A stretch of 32,000 bases of DNA from NCBI GenBank assembly GCA_054661495.1, contig BAAFSQ010000036.1, positions 26,507-58,506 on the forward strand, read 5' to 3'. Each line of letters begins with the position of its first letter. Position 1 is the first letter of the stretch. Below are positions 30,072-32,000 of the stretch, piece by piece. Source of the DNA: Zygophlyctis sp. KS116. Taxonomy: Eukaryota; Fungi; Chytridiomycota. The position numbers and the translations under genes were made by a program. The notes under the pieces were generated by a model that saw nothing but the letters and a program-made list of their open reading frames with translations, was not told the DNA's origin and did no database searches.

Positions 30072-31432
30072 ATGATAAATTTGTCCGCCCACGATCTAGT
30101 AGACAGCAAGAACAAGGTATTCAACTCTACAGACTGTGAATGGGCAATATACTCTATTGACAAAAATGACGCTCTAAGAGTTGCAGAAACAGGAAGTGGT
30201 TTGGCCGATTTTAAAGAGGAATTAATAGATGACGGCAAAATACTCTTTGGTATTGTGCGGGTTCAGGATAATGATACCGGACTTTTTAAAATTGTTCTTG
30301 TTAGTTTCTTGGGCGAAGGTGTTCCTGTATCATCAAAGGGGAAATATCATCAGTATGTGTCTGCATTAAGTTCGTTTTTTAAAGGATTTCATATTCATAT
30401 TCAGGCTAGATCTGAAGAAGATGTGGAGCCTTCTCAAATACTACAGAAAATTAAAGATGCATCAGGAGCGAAATATAAAATTCAAGAGATGGAGACTGTT
30501 GATCGTCAAGTTCCATTTAATTCCAGAAAAAGTCTTCCAAAAGAACAAGGAATCAATTCTCAGAGTTATACTCATAAATTCTCAAATTTAAAAGTTTCTT
30601 CAAGTGCTGTTAGTTCTCAAGATGCACAAAAGACAATTGATGCTGATAATATTGATAGGAAAAAGACGGATGAAGAATTTCTAAAGAAGCAGCAAGAATC
30701 AGCTGCCCTTGAAAGAGAACAAGTTCTTGAAAATGAGAGGTTAGAAAAGGAACGTTTGGAGAGAGAAAGGTTAGAAAGAGAGCGTTTCGAAAAGGAACGA
30801 ATCCGCATCCAAAAAGAACAACAAGAACAGGAGCGTTTAGAGAGAGAGCGTATACAAAAGGAAAGATTAGAAAAAGAACGTATAGAAAATGAAAGATTGG
30901 AACAAGAGCATTTAGAAGAAGAGAGGCTTCAGCGTGAACAAGAAGCAAGCACTCTTCAAAATACAAATACTAAACTTAATTGCGTCGAAGCTACTGCTCT
31001 ATATGATTACCAAAAGGATGAAGACAATGAGATTGATTTACGCGAGGGAGAAATCATTACAAACGTGGTAGATGTGGGGGAAGGATGGTACTCTGGCACA
31101 AGCTCATCTGGACAAAGTGGACTCTTTCCCGGAAATTATGTTCAATTAAGAAATGCCGATGAACCAAATACACCTCAAGAGCAGACACCTACTCAAAGCT
31201 CTACAATATGTGCAGTTGCATTGGTGAAGAATATTTTACTAAATTTTTAGTATGATTATGTAGCTTCTGAAGAAAACGAAATATCTTTTGTTACCGGAGA
31301 CAAGATTACAGGAATAACGTATCCATCGGAAGACTGGTGGCATGGTGTGTTTTATTAAAATAATTTTTAGGCTATGTAAATGGATCTGGCGGTTTATTTC
31401 CAGGGAATTACGTAGAAAAATATGATCTCTGA
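30072..31432 (+). CDS. ABP1: Actin-binding protein Abp1/drebrin-like (ADF-H, charged helix, two SH3)
   Basis: ADF-H domain (WAIYS...KIVLVSFLGEGVP...KIKDASGAKY); SH3-1 ALYDYQKDEDNEI...GLFPGNYV. SH3-2 is assembled through introns near 31224-31250 and 31345-31370 (ALYDYVASEENEISF...WWHG...GLFPGNYV). TGA 31430-31432. Confidence 0.93.
30730..30940 (+). repeat. Degenerate 15-nt (5-aa, ERLEK/R) coding repeat in ABP1
   Basis: NERLEKERLERERLERERFEKERI...ERLERERIQKERLEKERIENERLEQEHLEEERLQRE. Confidence 0.85.
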
Positions 31433-31576
31433 ATATATGCCAATTCACAATATTTTGGAATAACTAATAATAATTTTATAACAAGAGTAATTTGACCATA
31501 GAAAGCTGGAACCGGTCAAAATTAATTGCCTCAAAGTCCACCGTTTAATTTTACTTTTAGGCAAAGTTTGATTTAT

Positions 31577-32000
31577 TCAAAACAATAATATCAAGGATAA
31601 TAACATGCCAGAAATATTGCTATTTGAGGCAGAATTCAAATATAAACCATCATTTTCTTGAGGAGATGTACCACCGATACCACCAGTCTGTACGGGACTA
31701 ATTTGATCCTGTATACCAGATGCATATGTAGCTTGAACATTTTCAAGAAAATCTCTAGATTGGTCATCCATGGTGGATAGATTTTCTCCCGAACCATTCC
31801 CATTTGATGGGACATCAGAAACAACTGACGGATTGTTTGGCAGATTGTCTTGCTCGGTGGAGCCAACGACCGAACCTGAACTATTTGTATTTGACGGTGT
31901 TGGTGATCGTTGATGTGTCTCTAGTTCTGATTGATGTTCGGATGGAGCTATCTGACCTTCTATTGACGGCTCTGATATTGTATTTGGCACAGGATTGCTG
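31577..32000 (-). CDS. 3' end of a Ser/Thr/Pro/Asn-rich, probably GPI-anchored surface protein (starts beyond the window)
   Basis: Low-complexity stalk ending NSASNSNISGMLLSLILLF* (small-residue omega region plus hydrophobic tail). AATAAA overlaps the stop on the minus strand. Confidence 0.6.
   Translation of the reverse strand, partial: SNPVPNTISEPSIEGQIAPSEHQSELETHQRSPTPSNTNSSGSVVGSTEQDNLPNNPSVVSDVPSNGNGSGENLSTMDDQSRDFLENVQATYASGIQDQISPVQTGGIGGTSPQENDGLYLNSASNSNISGMLLSLILLF

Noticed and set aside
1-32000. Prokaryotic or phage origin suggested by gene density
   Set aside because: The genes are eukaryote-specific (IFT74, PRP40, CSN2, RPN5, MED12) and contain spliceosomal introns.
1-32000. 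tRNA, rRNA or other ncRNA genes
   Set aside because: None recognisable by eye and little intergenic space exists; tRNAscan-SE or Infernal would be needed to exclude them.

Overview
This is AT-rich eukaryotic nuclear DNA, not prokaryotic. It holds about 21 intact or window-truncated protein-coding genes plus one probable pseudogene, split by roughly 55-60 very short GT-AG introns (mostly 23-33 nt). IFT74 (flagellar transport), a GPI-type chitin/polysaccharide deacetylase, a two-domain FEX fluoride channel, a HeH protein and a two-SH3 Abp1 together point to a zoosporic fungus (chytrid-like); that assignment is inference. Gene order: IFT74, BPI-like secreted protein, TAF3-like (BTP+PHD), HeH/LEM protein, NAD(P)-binding reductase, Pex17/Pex33-like, MTR4, CE4 deacetylase, PRP40, SIRT4, LIP5, myosin RLC, FEX, LURP1/Tub_2, ICT1, small Cys-rich secreted protein, RBR-ligase remnant, CSN2, long coiled-coil protein, RPN5, MED12, ABP1, and a GPI-type C-terminus. 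The most striking property is operon-like packing of unrelated housekeeping genes: a TAATG stop/start overlap, 2-bp and 8-bp tandem spacers, a shared TTAA stop, a 0-bp convergent junction and a 38-bp divergent promoter. The FEX gene has no usable ATG unless spliced from within the upstream myosin light-chain gene. All exon models were built by hand; no searches were run.
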